Below, in pieces: positions 25,001 through 37,869 of a stretch of 64,000 bases of DNA. The first letter of the stretch is position 1. Each line of letters starts with the position of its first letter. A model generated the notes under the pieces. It saw only the letters and a list, made by a program, of their open reading frames with translations, was not told the origin of the DNA and made no database searches. This DNA is from Convolutriloba macropyga (lineage: Eukaryota): positions 19,220,001-19,284,000 of the forward strand of contig NC_134476.1 in the NCBI RefSeq assembly GCF_964194025.1, written 5' to 3'. Both the position numbers and the translations under genes were made by a program.

Positions 25001-25700
25001 CTGAACTTTTTTTAGTGTGTGCGATACGGACTCATTGCTAGTATATTGGACATCGAGACACAGAAGCAGTTATTTCGTGAAACGGTTGACCAACACAGCG
25101 CATTAACAATTAACATCAATATGGATATGATCACCCACATCCAGCAAGAAAATACAATTTTCCTTAATACTGCACCAGTTTCATCCGTGAATGTTGTTCT
25201 AGGGAATTCATCATAGGTTTCTAATGCTGAAAAATTAAAGCTGCAGTATTTAAAAGCAACAACTCATAATTGTGTCCAGTTTTTGCACCGCTTGCGCAAA
25301 TTCTTTATAGTTTGATTAACACGACTCAGAAATTCGAGACTGCTATCGGTTTTTAGTCCTATGTATGCACATTTATCAGAACTTTTAAAAACTCTTGTAT
25401 CTATAAATGTTGTGATATGGGACCTGTTTCAGTTTTCGATTGTAAATACTTTTTTTTAAATCCAAATTTACCTAAGGTTGTACGAAGTAGGTAGCGAACT
25501 CATTTGTGTTCCATTTCAGAGATCTCTGTTCACTTTTCCACCTTTACTAGAAGCAACGACTAAGGAATCAACAGCATAATGTAACAGCGTAACATCACAG
25601 TTAAAAGCTGTACAAAGACGTCTTAGATATGAAATAAGAGATGACAATAAAAGTTGCGTTAAACTAACTAAGCGGGAATCAAACGTTTCGTTGGCCGAAA
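22050..25700 (+). repeat. Tandem ~1.05-kb units containing a decayed gag fragment of a second Gypsy family
   Basis: Units start near 22100, 23170 and 24215 (gtactgt...gcaaaa). Each encodes the gag-like motif LRYALIASILDIETQK.LFRETVDPHSAL.I.IN. Further copies at ~10800 and ~28250. Confidence 0.8.
24528..25019. mobile_element. CACTA/EnSpm(CMC)-like MITE, 492 bp, 2-bp TSD (tg)
   Basis: TIR cacactaaaaaaagttcaggtaaa / tttacctgaactttttttagtgtg with dozens of subterminal ttcaggt/acctgaa motifs. It interrupts the gag-like repeat whose uninterrupted form is seen at ~10830, 22410 and 23470. Confidence 0.88.
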
Positions 25701-26544
25701 ATAACTCATTTTCAATTTTTAGCTCCGTTTCTTTTGTAACTCTACTGGAGGTATCTGCAACTAATTTTTTAATGTCAAAATCTGCAACCGGAAAAATATC
25801 CGTTCAAAATGATATTTTTACCAATTCAATTTTTTAGCTTTCGTGTTTGCAGTTTTTTCAAACAGTCCTGAGATCTTGTGACTTTTTAAATCTCCGGCCT
25901 ACATATTTAGTCCAGTTGCCCCCTTCTTTTTATTTGGTAACAGAAACATCAAATACTAGTGAATCTGCAGTGTGATAGATAAATGTCGTCTATTAGCATC
26001 ATTAAAGCTTATAATGTGTGTTCAATAGGTTTTACTTGATGTAGCATATTTGAAAAGATCTATGTTAGTTGTCAGTTATGATCCAGTAGATGTCATTTTA
26101 AATCAATTAGATTTTACGGTTTGAGCACAAATTGCATTTATAGTGAAAACTGTTACAATTTCATCTATTAAGATTACCCTTTTAAAAAAAGGACCAACAC
26201 AGTTTTAAAAAAGTCCTCATAGTTTGTCGAATTTCTAAACATTCTTTTTAACTAATGACAGTTCTTCCCAGACAATTATTGTTTTCCTGTTGAAATGGGA
26301 GCTAAATTCATTTGTTTCCCTCAAACAGAATAGTAAAAATGATCCAGCAGAGCAACAACTCCAAAAATTTTTTGTGAAAATTGAAAGAAAAAAAATTTTC
26401 GGCCTATCTCTAGACTGTTTATTTTTTATTTTGATCACAATTGTTCACATTCTATGTTTAAAAACAACTCAACACTATGTTAAAGTATCTTCCGACTAAT
26501 AGCAGGCCTTAAAGTTGATAACCTAAACTGGCTAATTTCGAATT

Positions 26545-26690
26545 ACTCTCGAATGACAGGCGTGGCAAACAATTTAAAAGAGGCATTAGGCTAGGAAACT
26601 TTTTATTGACATAAATTTTCCGACGGCAAAGAAGTTGGAACCCACAATTTCTCAGATAAATGCCGGAGATTTTAACCAATGGACTAAAGA
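26545..26690 (-). mobile_element. tRNA-derived SINE copy (diverged)
   Basis: actctcgaatgacaggcg core; minus-strand tagtccattggttaa and gggttccaact boxes; lies in a block absent from the paralogous 21460-21480 segment. Confidence 0.55.
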
Positions 26691-27202
26691 TTTTATGTAG
26701 AGTTTATCATAGAATTTTTTCATAAGTTTGCATCAAATTTGACCTCCGAAGAGCACAATTCAATTCACTCAACCAAATCAGAAACTCAAGCGCGAAAACA
26801 TTACTCCAGAAAGGAAATTGAACAATGATTCAGTAATGCCGTAAGGCAATAATTTTGCACTAAAATGACCCAGACGTTTACATTTATTGCTTCGAACACC
26901 GTTTGACAATGGGTCACAGAAAATAAATGTCCTTTAAGCTATGCGCGGCGAGAGAACAGATCTGTCATCATTCCCCTTAAAATACTACATTGGGTCTTCC
27001 GATTTAGAGCACTGAATTAGAAAAAAACTAGTGGCCATTTAACTGGTCTAAAATATGAGAAATGAAGAAAAATTGGGGAAAAAACTCCATTTAGCAAAAA
27101 AGGTTTTATTTTCTGCCACAAGTTTTTTGTCATTTTTCTAGAAATTGAAGCAGTACAAAACTGCAATCTTTTATGTTTTGGATCTAGACAATTTTTGGTA
27201 CG

Positions 27203-27546
27203 CAGTGTTTTCAACGCCACCAGTTAATGTCATACCGTACCATGATACTATATACCATATTGTATAGTCAAACTCTTTTACATAAGAATAGTCTGCCGAC
27301 AAGTTCATATTACATTATTAATTACGTGATTTCCTTTACTTTGTACATCACGCCCTGCAAACCAGTCTTTCACCATTTATATATTTCACGCTGAATGAAA
27401 ACATAATGGCCATATAGTTTGTCTGCGAAATTCTTTCGCTTGCTTTTGCTCCGCTGAATGGGTTCAATATTTAGTTAATAACTTCCGAGATCGAAATACT
27501 TAAATTAAAAGTTTGTAGCTGAGTCGGAAGCTAGCTTATAACACTG
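27203..27546. mobile_element. Possible hAT-like non-autonomous insertion (cagtgtt...aacactg ends)
   Basis: Absent from the paralogous segment at ~21770-21790; 7-bp inverted termini; no clear TSD. Confidence 0.4.
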
Positions 27547-27899
27547 CCGCGCTAAATTAACACTTAATTTAGGTGTAAGTTTGCCTTACAAAAAACTGAA
27601 CAACACTAAACTTCAATTTTGCTAAAGCGAAGTCACTGTTGGTATCTAGGTAACACGACAAAGTGCATTCATCAGTGTGCCACAGACCCAAAACATTGTT
27701 GGAGATAGAACCCGATTGTGATATGACAACTCCTGACCCTGTACTACGGTGGGACAAAAGTGAGGCAAAACTTTAACTGAGTTCATTGGGTGGATGGGAT
27801 GATCTCACTTGTGGTTCTACTACAGGCAACCCCGGAAGCAGTTACAATTCCACCAGAACCACTTTAAAAGAAAATAATATAGGAATCATCTGCCCAATC

Positions 27900-30800
27900 T
27901 GAAGATGAAAGAGGAGCCATGAAGCCTCAAAAGAAGATTAACTGGCAGAACAAATTTCAAAAATTATTGATCAGGTTGTACTGTGTTGTTCAAAACTATG
28001 GAATCAAAGTAAAAAACGGATGATTTTACTTCTTTTTTGTCGATTGAAATTCAAAGGCGCAGAATTTTTATATCGAGAATCCTCACATAAATTAATTAGT
28101 AAACATGTCGTGAAATTTGGATTCCAACGGAAACTGAGTTTTTTTTACACCACTAAATAATTCTTTTGACCGATATATCTTCATTGCAACAAAAAAGTTC
28201 TGTGAGGTATCAATTAAACGTTCTTATTGTAAACTGAGCCAATCGTTAACTTGGAAGGGAAGAAGAAACATTGATACGTCTCCATTGCGATACGATTTCA
28301 TTGCTATTATATTGGATATCGAGACCCAAACGTAGTTTTTTCGTGAAGCGGTTGAGCCGCACAGCGCATTCACGATTGCAATCAGTCTGCATATGAGAAC
28401 CAGAAAGAAAGGACAATTTTCCTTTATAATGCAGAAGTTTAAACCGTAAATGATGCTAATGTCTTTCAATTACGATTTCTTATATAGTTTGAAATGATAT
28501 AACAAACGATAATGATGACATTGTTTTGCTTTTCATAGGGGCAACCACTAATGTGCGTTGAATTCCAAAACTGTTATTAGCTACGGCAAAAATGCTTGTT
28601 ATTTTTTCAATTTGTAGCTGCTGTATTCCCTTGGAAATTTTGAAACTTGGACGCTATGCAGTGTTATGAACAACGCAATGTAATAAACACCGCAACGTAA
28701 TGAACAACGCAATGTAAAAGCGGTCTCATGGGACAATACTTTCAATGACGACTAAACTATTAACCTGCTAATCAATTACGTAGAAGAAATGATGTTAATT
28801 TTTTCAAGCTCAGAGGACAACTATTCTGCTACAATGTCTGATTCCTCCATCGTGGAAGCGAATCCTCTCAATTTTAATGCTTTTATTGACAATTCAATTC
28901 AGATGGACACCACCCAATGCTTAGTAGAGGTCTCTTTCAAGCTCTGGGACTTTTCCGAAGCATAAAGACATCTCATTGGATAGTCAACCAAATAAATATT
29001 TGTCTTATCAAAAACAAGTGGCAAAAGAATTTCCTAATGTATTACATTGCTTTAGAAAATCCGAAGCACATCAAGTAGTAACAAAATTTGGGCAAAATTA
29101 TACGCCAAAAGACAAGAAAGGAAAACAGCTGCCGATGACTTAACATGAAAAAAAAACTAACTCAAGGGGGAAGCATTGAAGGAATTTCCAGTTGCTCAGA
29201 CAACAACTTCATCTCACCTATCGTTATACGGGTGAAAATTGATAAAGCTGTAAAATTAGCCCTTGAATCTATAGTTCTGAACAAGGCTATCCACAAAAAT
29301 AAATATCACAAGTTCCACATTGAAAAAGTTTAAACGAATTTCACAAAACGTGAATGACTCTGAAACAACAACCACTATGCATTTTACAACTTTGGAGTTG
29401 AAGCATGCTCATAGCCAAAAGAATCTACATCCTGACACGGCAAAACTTTAGTTTTATTCTTATCTCAGGTGACACTACCGAAAAGTACTACTTAAAATAT
29501 GGCTTTAATGGACTCAGCGACATGCTTGCTGATTTTCACAAATACATGGCTTACCTTCTAAATTATTACTGCTTTATAGATGATATTTTGAATGTAAACA
29601 GAGACACCATTTGAATTGAGTCAATGATAGTTTGGAGAAATTAGATTAAAAGAAACTTCGCATTAAAATTCGAAGTGTCATTTTGCAGAATCGAAAAAAT
29701 GAGTGGCTAGGTATGATCTAACTTAAACTGAGATTTTTCCTCTCAAAAGCTTGACAGCTTCGTCTTTTACATTTCTGCCCCAAATACGTTTAGGAAATTG
29801 CGCTCTTTAATAGTTTCGGTTCCTCATTTGATTGAATTAATCCCTAATCTGGCCCCATTGTGTCATTCATCGGAATCTTGCTAAAACAAAGTGTTAAGTT
29901 TGTTTGGAAGGAGCAACATGAACGCTTTTCTAACGCCACAAAAACAAAAACTGCCCAGTCAACTTCGAATCGTCATTTCAGCTTCTCACTCGCCAAGCGA
30001 AATAAGTGCGGTGCCTGCGGGTACAGTTTTGGAGCCGTGTCAGAAAGATTTTGATTTGAAAACTATCTATTTCGCTTCACGATTCTGGAAACCAGCCGAG
30101 GAACGATATACTACTAACAAGCTCTAGTTGTCATGTGTGGTTAGGTCAATATAATATCTTAAACATTGCCTTAATGTAAAAACACAGTCATTACAGAAGA
30201 TCGAGCCTTACTTCCAAATTTTTTTAAAAAAAACAGCCTTCTAATAAATCCTATAACCACCAATTAACTCATTTGGATAACTGTCTCTCACCCTATATAT
30301 TCGTCATAGAACATATTCCAGGCGCACAAATTCATATCAAAGAGCGAATCATATCTGTTTATGATGGAAAATTGACAGTCGAAATCCAAAATATGCAATT
30401 CAGTAGAGCTTATAATAGCCAAATTAATGCCAACGCAGTCTTACTGCCTATATTATACAGAAACACTTCCCAAAAATTGATCTGATGACACAAGTGAATC
30501 TAAATTTATTTCCCCGTCACCTGCCCCGCCAATTCCTGTTAAAATTAAATAGACTATAAGGTACAATTAAAAGTCAGTCCTTCGGTACTGCAAATTCAGA
30601 TCACGGGTACACTCGCAGCGCAAATACCAGTCGATAAAGGTTTAAATGTTTTTCTAAACATTAAATGGGCGTTAATGAATGCCCTTCCAAATAAGCCATC
30701 ATATCAGCGCTGGCAAAAGTTTACGGCCAACAAGTTCGATCTTTTGCTGCCACAATGAAATAACTTTTTTCTGCCACGATTGCTTTCCTAAGCTTTCCCA

Positions 30801-32200
30801 CAATTCTGATTGGTAATCAAAAAATCTTGATCAAAACAATCAAAAAAATGATCGGGACGTTATTCATAAAATATCTCCTCGCTACAATGATCAACTAGAA
30901 AGCATTCCTTGAAGAAGACTGGGACTGTGCGTTGACAAAGGATGACAACAGACTCACGCAGATCAGCGCTTACCTTCAGTAGTTTTGCCATGCCCGCAAT
31001 TTCAAAATTGGGTGTTGGCGCCTAGATGCAAACATTTGCGTTTCCAAATATAATTCTACGGAAGCTAGGGAATGATGTGCTTTTGTCAAATTGTGTGGTG
31101 GCCACACATGCATTGCGAAATTTTTGTCGGTTCTCTTGAATTTTCCCCGTGCACTGCAATTGGCCAGAATCTTAAGCTTGTATCAACCATATCAAAATTT
31201 AACCTTCTTTTAAATTGCTTAGTTCCGAACCAAAGATTTCTAATTGACGTTGGTGGGCCGTTCTTAAATGAGAAAAAAAAGAAACATAATTTTTAGCCAA
31301 TATGTTTGTTCCTGAAAATAAAAATCCGAAAATATTTTTTATCAGGCCTACGGACAAAATTTTGTTTTATTTAGGAAAATAGTTAAATTCACGGTGTTCC
31401 CAGATCAGTCCAATTAGATCAATCTAACTGTCTTTTGGGTAAAAAAAAAAGTTTCTGTAGTGTTAAAAAGGATTAAAATAAAGGCTCCAGCAAATGATTA
31501 CACACGAATTGGCGTTCTTAAAAGGCTCATTTAAACCGTAGATTTTAATGTATGAAAACATAAATGGAGAAAACAGGAAATTGTTGGTGAAGTCAAGTTT
31601 TTCGGCTATTGATAACAATTTCGGCATATGAAATTAACATACTACACCAGAAAGGCATAATACTCCGCTAAGCAATACCAGCACAGAACCAAAATTATCG
31701 CAGTTGTCATATGATAGTATAGTTAACTTATATTTAGACGAATACATTTCGAGTGCAAAAATTAATTCCGGAGCCAATCTGGGCAGATGCGATGGACTTC
31801 CAATAACTATTCATTCATAATGCAGATCTGGGAAGACCCATCCCAATCTCAAAGCAAGTCTGGACCTCACCAGTAAAATCAACGCAGGTGAAAAAAAATG
31901 GAGAGAAAACTTGTAGGTTTGTACACAGCATCAGATGAAAAAATAACAGCAGTGGGCTTATTTGCAACACTGTATATGATGGAGCGCGGCACGGTATTTG
32001 ATCGCGCATTTTAACCTCTTATGTGGCAAAATTCCGTGCTCGCGAGGAAAGAAACACTCCGCTGACATTTTACGCTGTCCAAAAAATTTTCACAATTACA
32101 AAACCGTTGATTGAAATATTTTCAGTCATCATAAGGCGTTACCACAAAATGTGATAACACCAAAAATGATGACAGGAAGCGCTGTTTCATCCAATATATC
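27900..32200 (+). mobile_element. Highly decayed Gypsy (second family): gag, RT, RNase H and integrase remnants
   Basis: CSDNNFISPIVIRVKIDKAVKLALES..LNKAIHKNKY (RT start), YCFIDDIL (YxDD), IYFASRFWKPAEERYTTNKL (RH), WWPHMHCEI...CTAIGQNLK...IDVGGPF (IN). Confidence 0.85.
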
Positions 32201-35200
32201 CCCAGGCTGAGGTCCCAGACAGAAACCAGATATGTCCAGAACGAAATGAACGCACGAAGGGGGTGTCGTGCGTTCAAAATTGCACGGTCTGGAAATACGG
32301 ATGAACGCACGATGGTCTGGACATGAACGCACGGCGGTCTGGAGATCAACACACGATGGTCTGGTGACCGCACGATGGTCTGGACATGAACGCACGAAAG
32401 TCTGGACATGAACGCACAAAAAATTTTCGTGCTTTCATGTCCAGACTTTCGTGCGTTCATGACCAGACCATCGTGCGGTCGTGTCCAGATCATCGTGCGT
32501 TCATGTCTAGACTTTCGTGCGTTCACCAGACGGAAAAAATTACCTGCTGGTGTTCAGTGCAGATCCTTGAAGCTGAAGACAGAGAGGGTTCCAAAACTCC
32601 ACAAATCCAGTTATTTAAAGTCTTTTTTTTACGTGAGGTACATGAACATTTTTATACTATTAGGAGACATTGCCTTTTTTTGTTATCGTGAGCAAAATTG
32701 AAGGTGTCTATCTATCAGTATTAAGAATAAAATGAACCTCTAATAAGATAAGACTGTTTTTGACACTCATTAAAGAAAGCTGAAAACAACATAAACATAT
32801 ATCATTATCATCACATCATAAACATTGGCATAATCAAACTAAAAGCCAATCGAAGCGAGAGAACAACTCCTTGAACCGACAAAAAAAGACCTATTTTTCA
32901 AATTACTTATTCGAAATAATCGCAAACTTCAGTAAGAAAAACTGTTAAAATTAAATAGACTATAAGGTACAATTAAAGGTCAGTCCTTCGGTACTGCAAA
33001 TTCAGATCACGGGTACACTCGCAGCGCAAATACCAGTCGCTAAAGGTTTAAAAGTTTTTCTAAACAATAAATGGGCGTTAATGAATGCCCTTCCAAATAA
33101 GCCATCATATCACGCAGATCAGCGCTTACCTTCAGTAGTTTTGGCATGACCGAAATTTCAAAATTGGGTGCTGGCGCCTAGAAGCAAACATTTGCGTTTC
33201 CAAATATAATTCTACGGAAGCTAGGGAATGATGTGCTTTTGTCAAATTGTGTGGTGGCCACACATGCATTGCGAAATTTTTGTCGGTTCTCTTGAATTTT
33301 CCCCGTGCACTGCAATTGGCCAGAATCTTAAGCTTGTATCAACCATATCAAAATTTAACCTTCTTTTAAATTGCTTAGTTCCGAACCAAAGATTTCTAAT
33401 TGACGTTCGTGGGCCGTTCTTAAATGAGAAAAAAAGAAACATAATTTTTAGCCAATTTGTTTGTTCCTGAAAATAAAAATCCGCAAAATATTTTTTATCA
33501 GGCCTACGGACAAAATTTTGTTTTATTTAAGAAAATAGTTAAATTCACGGTGTTCCCAGATCAGTCCAAGTAGATCAATCTTACTGTCTTTTGGGTAAAA
33601 AAATAAAGGTTTTTGTAGTGTGAAAAAGGATTAAAATAAAGGCTCCAGCAAATGATTACAGACGAATTGGCGTTCTTAAAGGGCTCATTTAAACCGTAGA
33701 TTTTAATGTATGAAAACATAAATGGAGAAAACAGGAAATTGTTGGTGAAGTCAAGTTTTTCGGCTATTGATAACAATTTCGGCATATGAAATTAACATAC
33801 TACACCAGAAAGGCATAATTCTCCGCTTAGCAATACCAGCACAGAACCAAAATTATCGCAATTGTCATATGATAGTATAGTTAACTTATATTTAGACGAA
33901 TACATTTCGAGTGCAAAAATTAATTCCGGAGCCAATCTGGGCAGATGCGATGGACTTCCAATAACTATTCAATCATAATGCAGATCTGGGAAGACCCATC
34001 CCAATCTCAAAGCAAGTCTGGACCTCGCCAGTAAAATCAACGCAGGTAAAAAAAAATGGAGAGAAAACTTGTAGGTTTGTACACAGCATCAGATGAAAAA
34101 ATAACAGCAGTGGGTTTATTTGCAACACTGTATATGATGGAGCGCGGCACGGTATTTGATCGCGCATTTTAACCTCTTATGTGGCAAAATTCCGTGCTCG
34201 CGAGGAAAGAAACACTCCGCTGACATTTTACGCTGTCCAAAGAATTTTCACAATTACAAAACCGTTGATTGAAATATTTTCAGTCATCATAAGGCGTTAC
34301 CACAAAATGTGATAACACCAAAAATGATGACAGGAAGCGCTGTTTCATCCGATATATCCCCAGGCTGAGGTCCCAGACAGAAACCAGATATGTCCAGAAC
34401 GAAATGAACGCACGAAGGGGGTGTCGTGCGTTCAAAATTGAACGGTCTGGAAATACGGATGAACGCACGATGGTCTGGACTTGAACGCACGACGGTCTGG
34501 ACATGAACGCACGATGGTCTGGCGACCGCACGATGGTCTGGACATGAACGCACGAAAGTCTGGACATGAACGCACAAAAAATTTTCGTGCGTTCATGTCC
34601 AGACTTTCGTGCGTTCATGACCACACCATCGTGCGGTCGTGTCCAGACCATCGTGCGTTCATGTCTAGACTTTCGTGCGTTCACCAGACGGGAAGAAATA
34701 CCTGCTGGTGTGCAGTGCACATCCTTGAAGCTGAAGACAAAGAGGGTTCCAAAACTCCACAAGTCCAGTTATTTAAAGTCTTTTTTTACGTGAGGTATAT
34801 GAACATTTTTATACTATTAGGAGACATTGCCTTTTTTTGTTATGTTGAGCAAAATTGAAGGTGTATATCTATCAGTAATAAGAATAAAATGAACCTCTAA
34901 TAAGATAAGACTGTTTTTGACACTCATTCAAGAAAGCTGAAACAACATAAACATATATCATTATCATCACATCATAAACATTGACATAATCAAACTAAAA
35001 GCCAATCGAAGCGAGAGAACAACTCCTTGAACCGATAAAAAAGACCTATTTTTCAAATTACTTATTCGAAATAATCGCAAACTTCAGTCAGAAAAACTGT
35101 TAAAATTAAATAGACTATAAGGTACAATTAAAGGTCAGTCCTTCGGTACTGTAAATTCAGATCACGGGTACACTCGCAGCGCAAATACCAGTCGCTAAAG

Positions 35201-37165
35201 GTTTAAATGTTTTTCTAAACAAAAAATGAGCGTTAATGAATGCCCTTCCAAATAAGCCATCATATCACGCAGATCAGCGCTTACCTTCAGTAGTTTTGGC
35301 ATGACCGCAATTTCAAAATTGGGTGTTGGCGCCTAGATGCAAACATTTGCGTTTCCAAATATAATTCTACGGAAGCTAGGGAATGATGTGCTTTTGTCAA
35401 ATTGTGTGGTGGCCACACATGCATTGCGAAATTTTTGTCGGTTCTCTTGAATTTTCCCCGTGCACTGCAATTGGCCAGAATCTTAAGCTTGTATCAACCA
35501 TATCAAAATTTAACCTTCTTTTAAATTGCTTAGTTCCGAACCAAAGATTTCTAATTGACGTTGGTGGGCCGTTCTTAAATGAGAAAAAAAAGAAACATAA
35601 TTTTTAGCCAATATGTTTGTTCCTGAAAATAAAAATCCGCAAAATATTTTTTATCAGGCCTACGTACAAAATTTCGTTTTGTTTAGGAAAATAGTTAAAT
35701 TCACGGTGTTCCCAGATCAGTCCAAGTAGATCAATCTAACTGTCTTTTGGGTAAAAAAAATGAAAGTTTTTGTAGTGTTAAAAAGGATTAAAATAAAGGC
35801 TCCAGCAAATGATTACACACGAATTGGCGTTCTTAAAAGACTCATTTAAACCGTAGATTTTAATGTATGAAAACATATATGGAGAAAACAGGAAATTGTT
35901 GGTGAAGTCAAGTTTTTCGGCTATTGATAACAATTTCGGCATATGAAATTAACATACTACACCAGAAAGGCATAATACTCCGCTAAGCAATACCAGCACA
36001 GAACCAAAATTATCGCAGTTGTCATATGATAGTATAGTTAACTTATATTTAGACGAATACATTTCGAGTGCAAAAATTAATTCCGGAGCCAATCTGGGCA
36101 GATGCGATGGACTTCCAATAACTATTCATTCATAATGCAGATCTGGGAAGACCCATCCCAATCTCAAAGCAAGTCTGGACCTCACCAGTAAAATCAACGC
36201 AGGTGAAAAAAAATGGAGAGAAAACTTGTAGGTTTGTACACAGCATCAGATGAAAAAATAACAGCAGTGGGCTTATTTGCAACACTGTATATGATGGAGC
36301 GCGGCACGGTATTTGATCACGCATTTTAACCTCTTATGTGGCAAAATTCCGTGCTCGCGAGGAAAGAAACACTCCGCTGACATTTTACGCTGTCCAAAAA
36401 ATTTTCACAATTACAAAACCGTTGATTGAAATATTTTCAGTCATCATAAGGCGTTACCACAAAATGTGATAACACCAAAAATGATGACAGGAAGCGCTGT
36501 TTCATCTAATATATCCCCAGGCTGAGGTCCCAGACAGAAACCAGATATGTCCAGAACGAAATGAACGCACGAAGGGTGTCGTGCGTTCAAAATTGCACGG
36601 TCTGGAAATACGGATGAACGCACGATGGTCTGGACATGAACGCACGATGGTCTGGCGACCGCACGATGGTCTGGACATGAACGCACGAAAGTCTGGACAT
36701 GAACGCACAAAAAATTTTCGTGCGTTCATGTCTAGACTTTCGTGCGTTCACCAGACGGAAAAAATTACCTGCTGGTGTGCAGTGCAGATCCTTGAAGCTG
36801 AAGACAGAGAGGGTTCCAAAACTCCACAAATCCAGTTATTTAAAGTCTTTTTTTACGTGAGGTATATGAACATTTTTATACTATTAGGAGACATTGCCTT
36901 TTTTTGTTATCGTGAGCAAAATTGAAGGTGTCTATCTATCAGTATTAAGAATAAAATGAACCTCTAATAAGATAAGACTGTTTTTGACACTCATTCAAGA
37001 AAGCTGAAAACAACATAAACATATATCATTATCATCACATCATAAACATTGACATAATCAAACTAAAAGCCAATCGAAGCGAGAGAACAACTCCTTGAAC
37101 CGATAAAAAAGACCTTTTTTTCAAATTACTTATTCGAAATAATCGCAAACTTCAGTAAGAAAAAC
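30536..37165 (+). repeat. Three near-identical tandem copies (period ~2155 bp) of integrase relic plus hairpin array
   Basis: Unit starts ctgttaaaattaaatagac at 30536, 32942 and 35097. Near-identical ORFs recur at 31072/33228/35383 and 31815/33973/36130. Copy 1 has ~250 extra bp (30706-30955). Confidence 0.95.
32241..32531. repeat. Foldback array of ~21-bp units (gtctggacatgaacgcacga) in direct then inverted orientation; also at 34399-34690 and 36556-36757
   Basis: Tandem gtctggacatgaacgcacg units flip to cgtgcgttcatgtccagac across an aaaaaatttt centre. Confidence 0.9.
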
Positions 37166-37869
37166 TAACATTTTTCCTAGACAAGTTATAGCAAAAATTC
37201 TTTTTTTTCCTACACTCTACTTACACAAGGGATTCTCCATACCAAGTTGGGTTCAATTTGGACAATATCTTGACCCAATCAGAAATAACTATAATTAAAA
37301 TTCGCTAATCGCGAAATTCGCAAATTTCTGTATGAAATACTAACTTTTTTCCTAGGCAAGCTATATAGATCCATTGCTCCACCAGTATCAATTTGGTACC
37401 TTTGATACATCAGCAAAATTTACAAATAACACATCGGCTACGAATCCTGTTTTAATTGTGCATCAAGTTCTGACCTTCTCAGAACAGCATGAAAGTTTTC
37501 CAGACCACTCTATCAACATTGGCTCCCCGGCTACCCGAAATTAACAAACTGGATATGCTCCGACCCCAGAAGTATTATCCCAGGAATATATGGAAAGCTC
37601 AATTCGGGAATATGAAATAATAAAGTTCAATATGAAGGAAAACACTAACTTTTTTTCTAGACAAGCTATAGCAAAAATACTTTTTTCCTACACTTTACTT
37701 ACACAGGGGATACTCCATATCAAGTTTGGTTCAATTTGGACAATATCTTGACTCAATCAAAAAAAAACTATAATTAGTTTTCGCTAATCGCGAAATTCGC
37801 AAATTTCCGTATGAAATACTAACTTTTTTCCTAGGCGAGCTATATATATCCATTGCTTCACCAGTATCA

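Noticed and set aside
32122-36925. ORFs of 96-160 aa with MNARKSGHERT / SCVHVQTIVRS repeats
   Set aside because: Translations of the 21-bp foldback minisatellite on both strands; no independent coding evidence.
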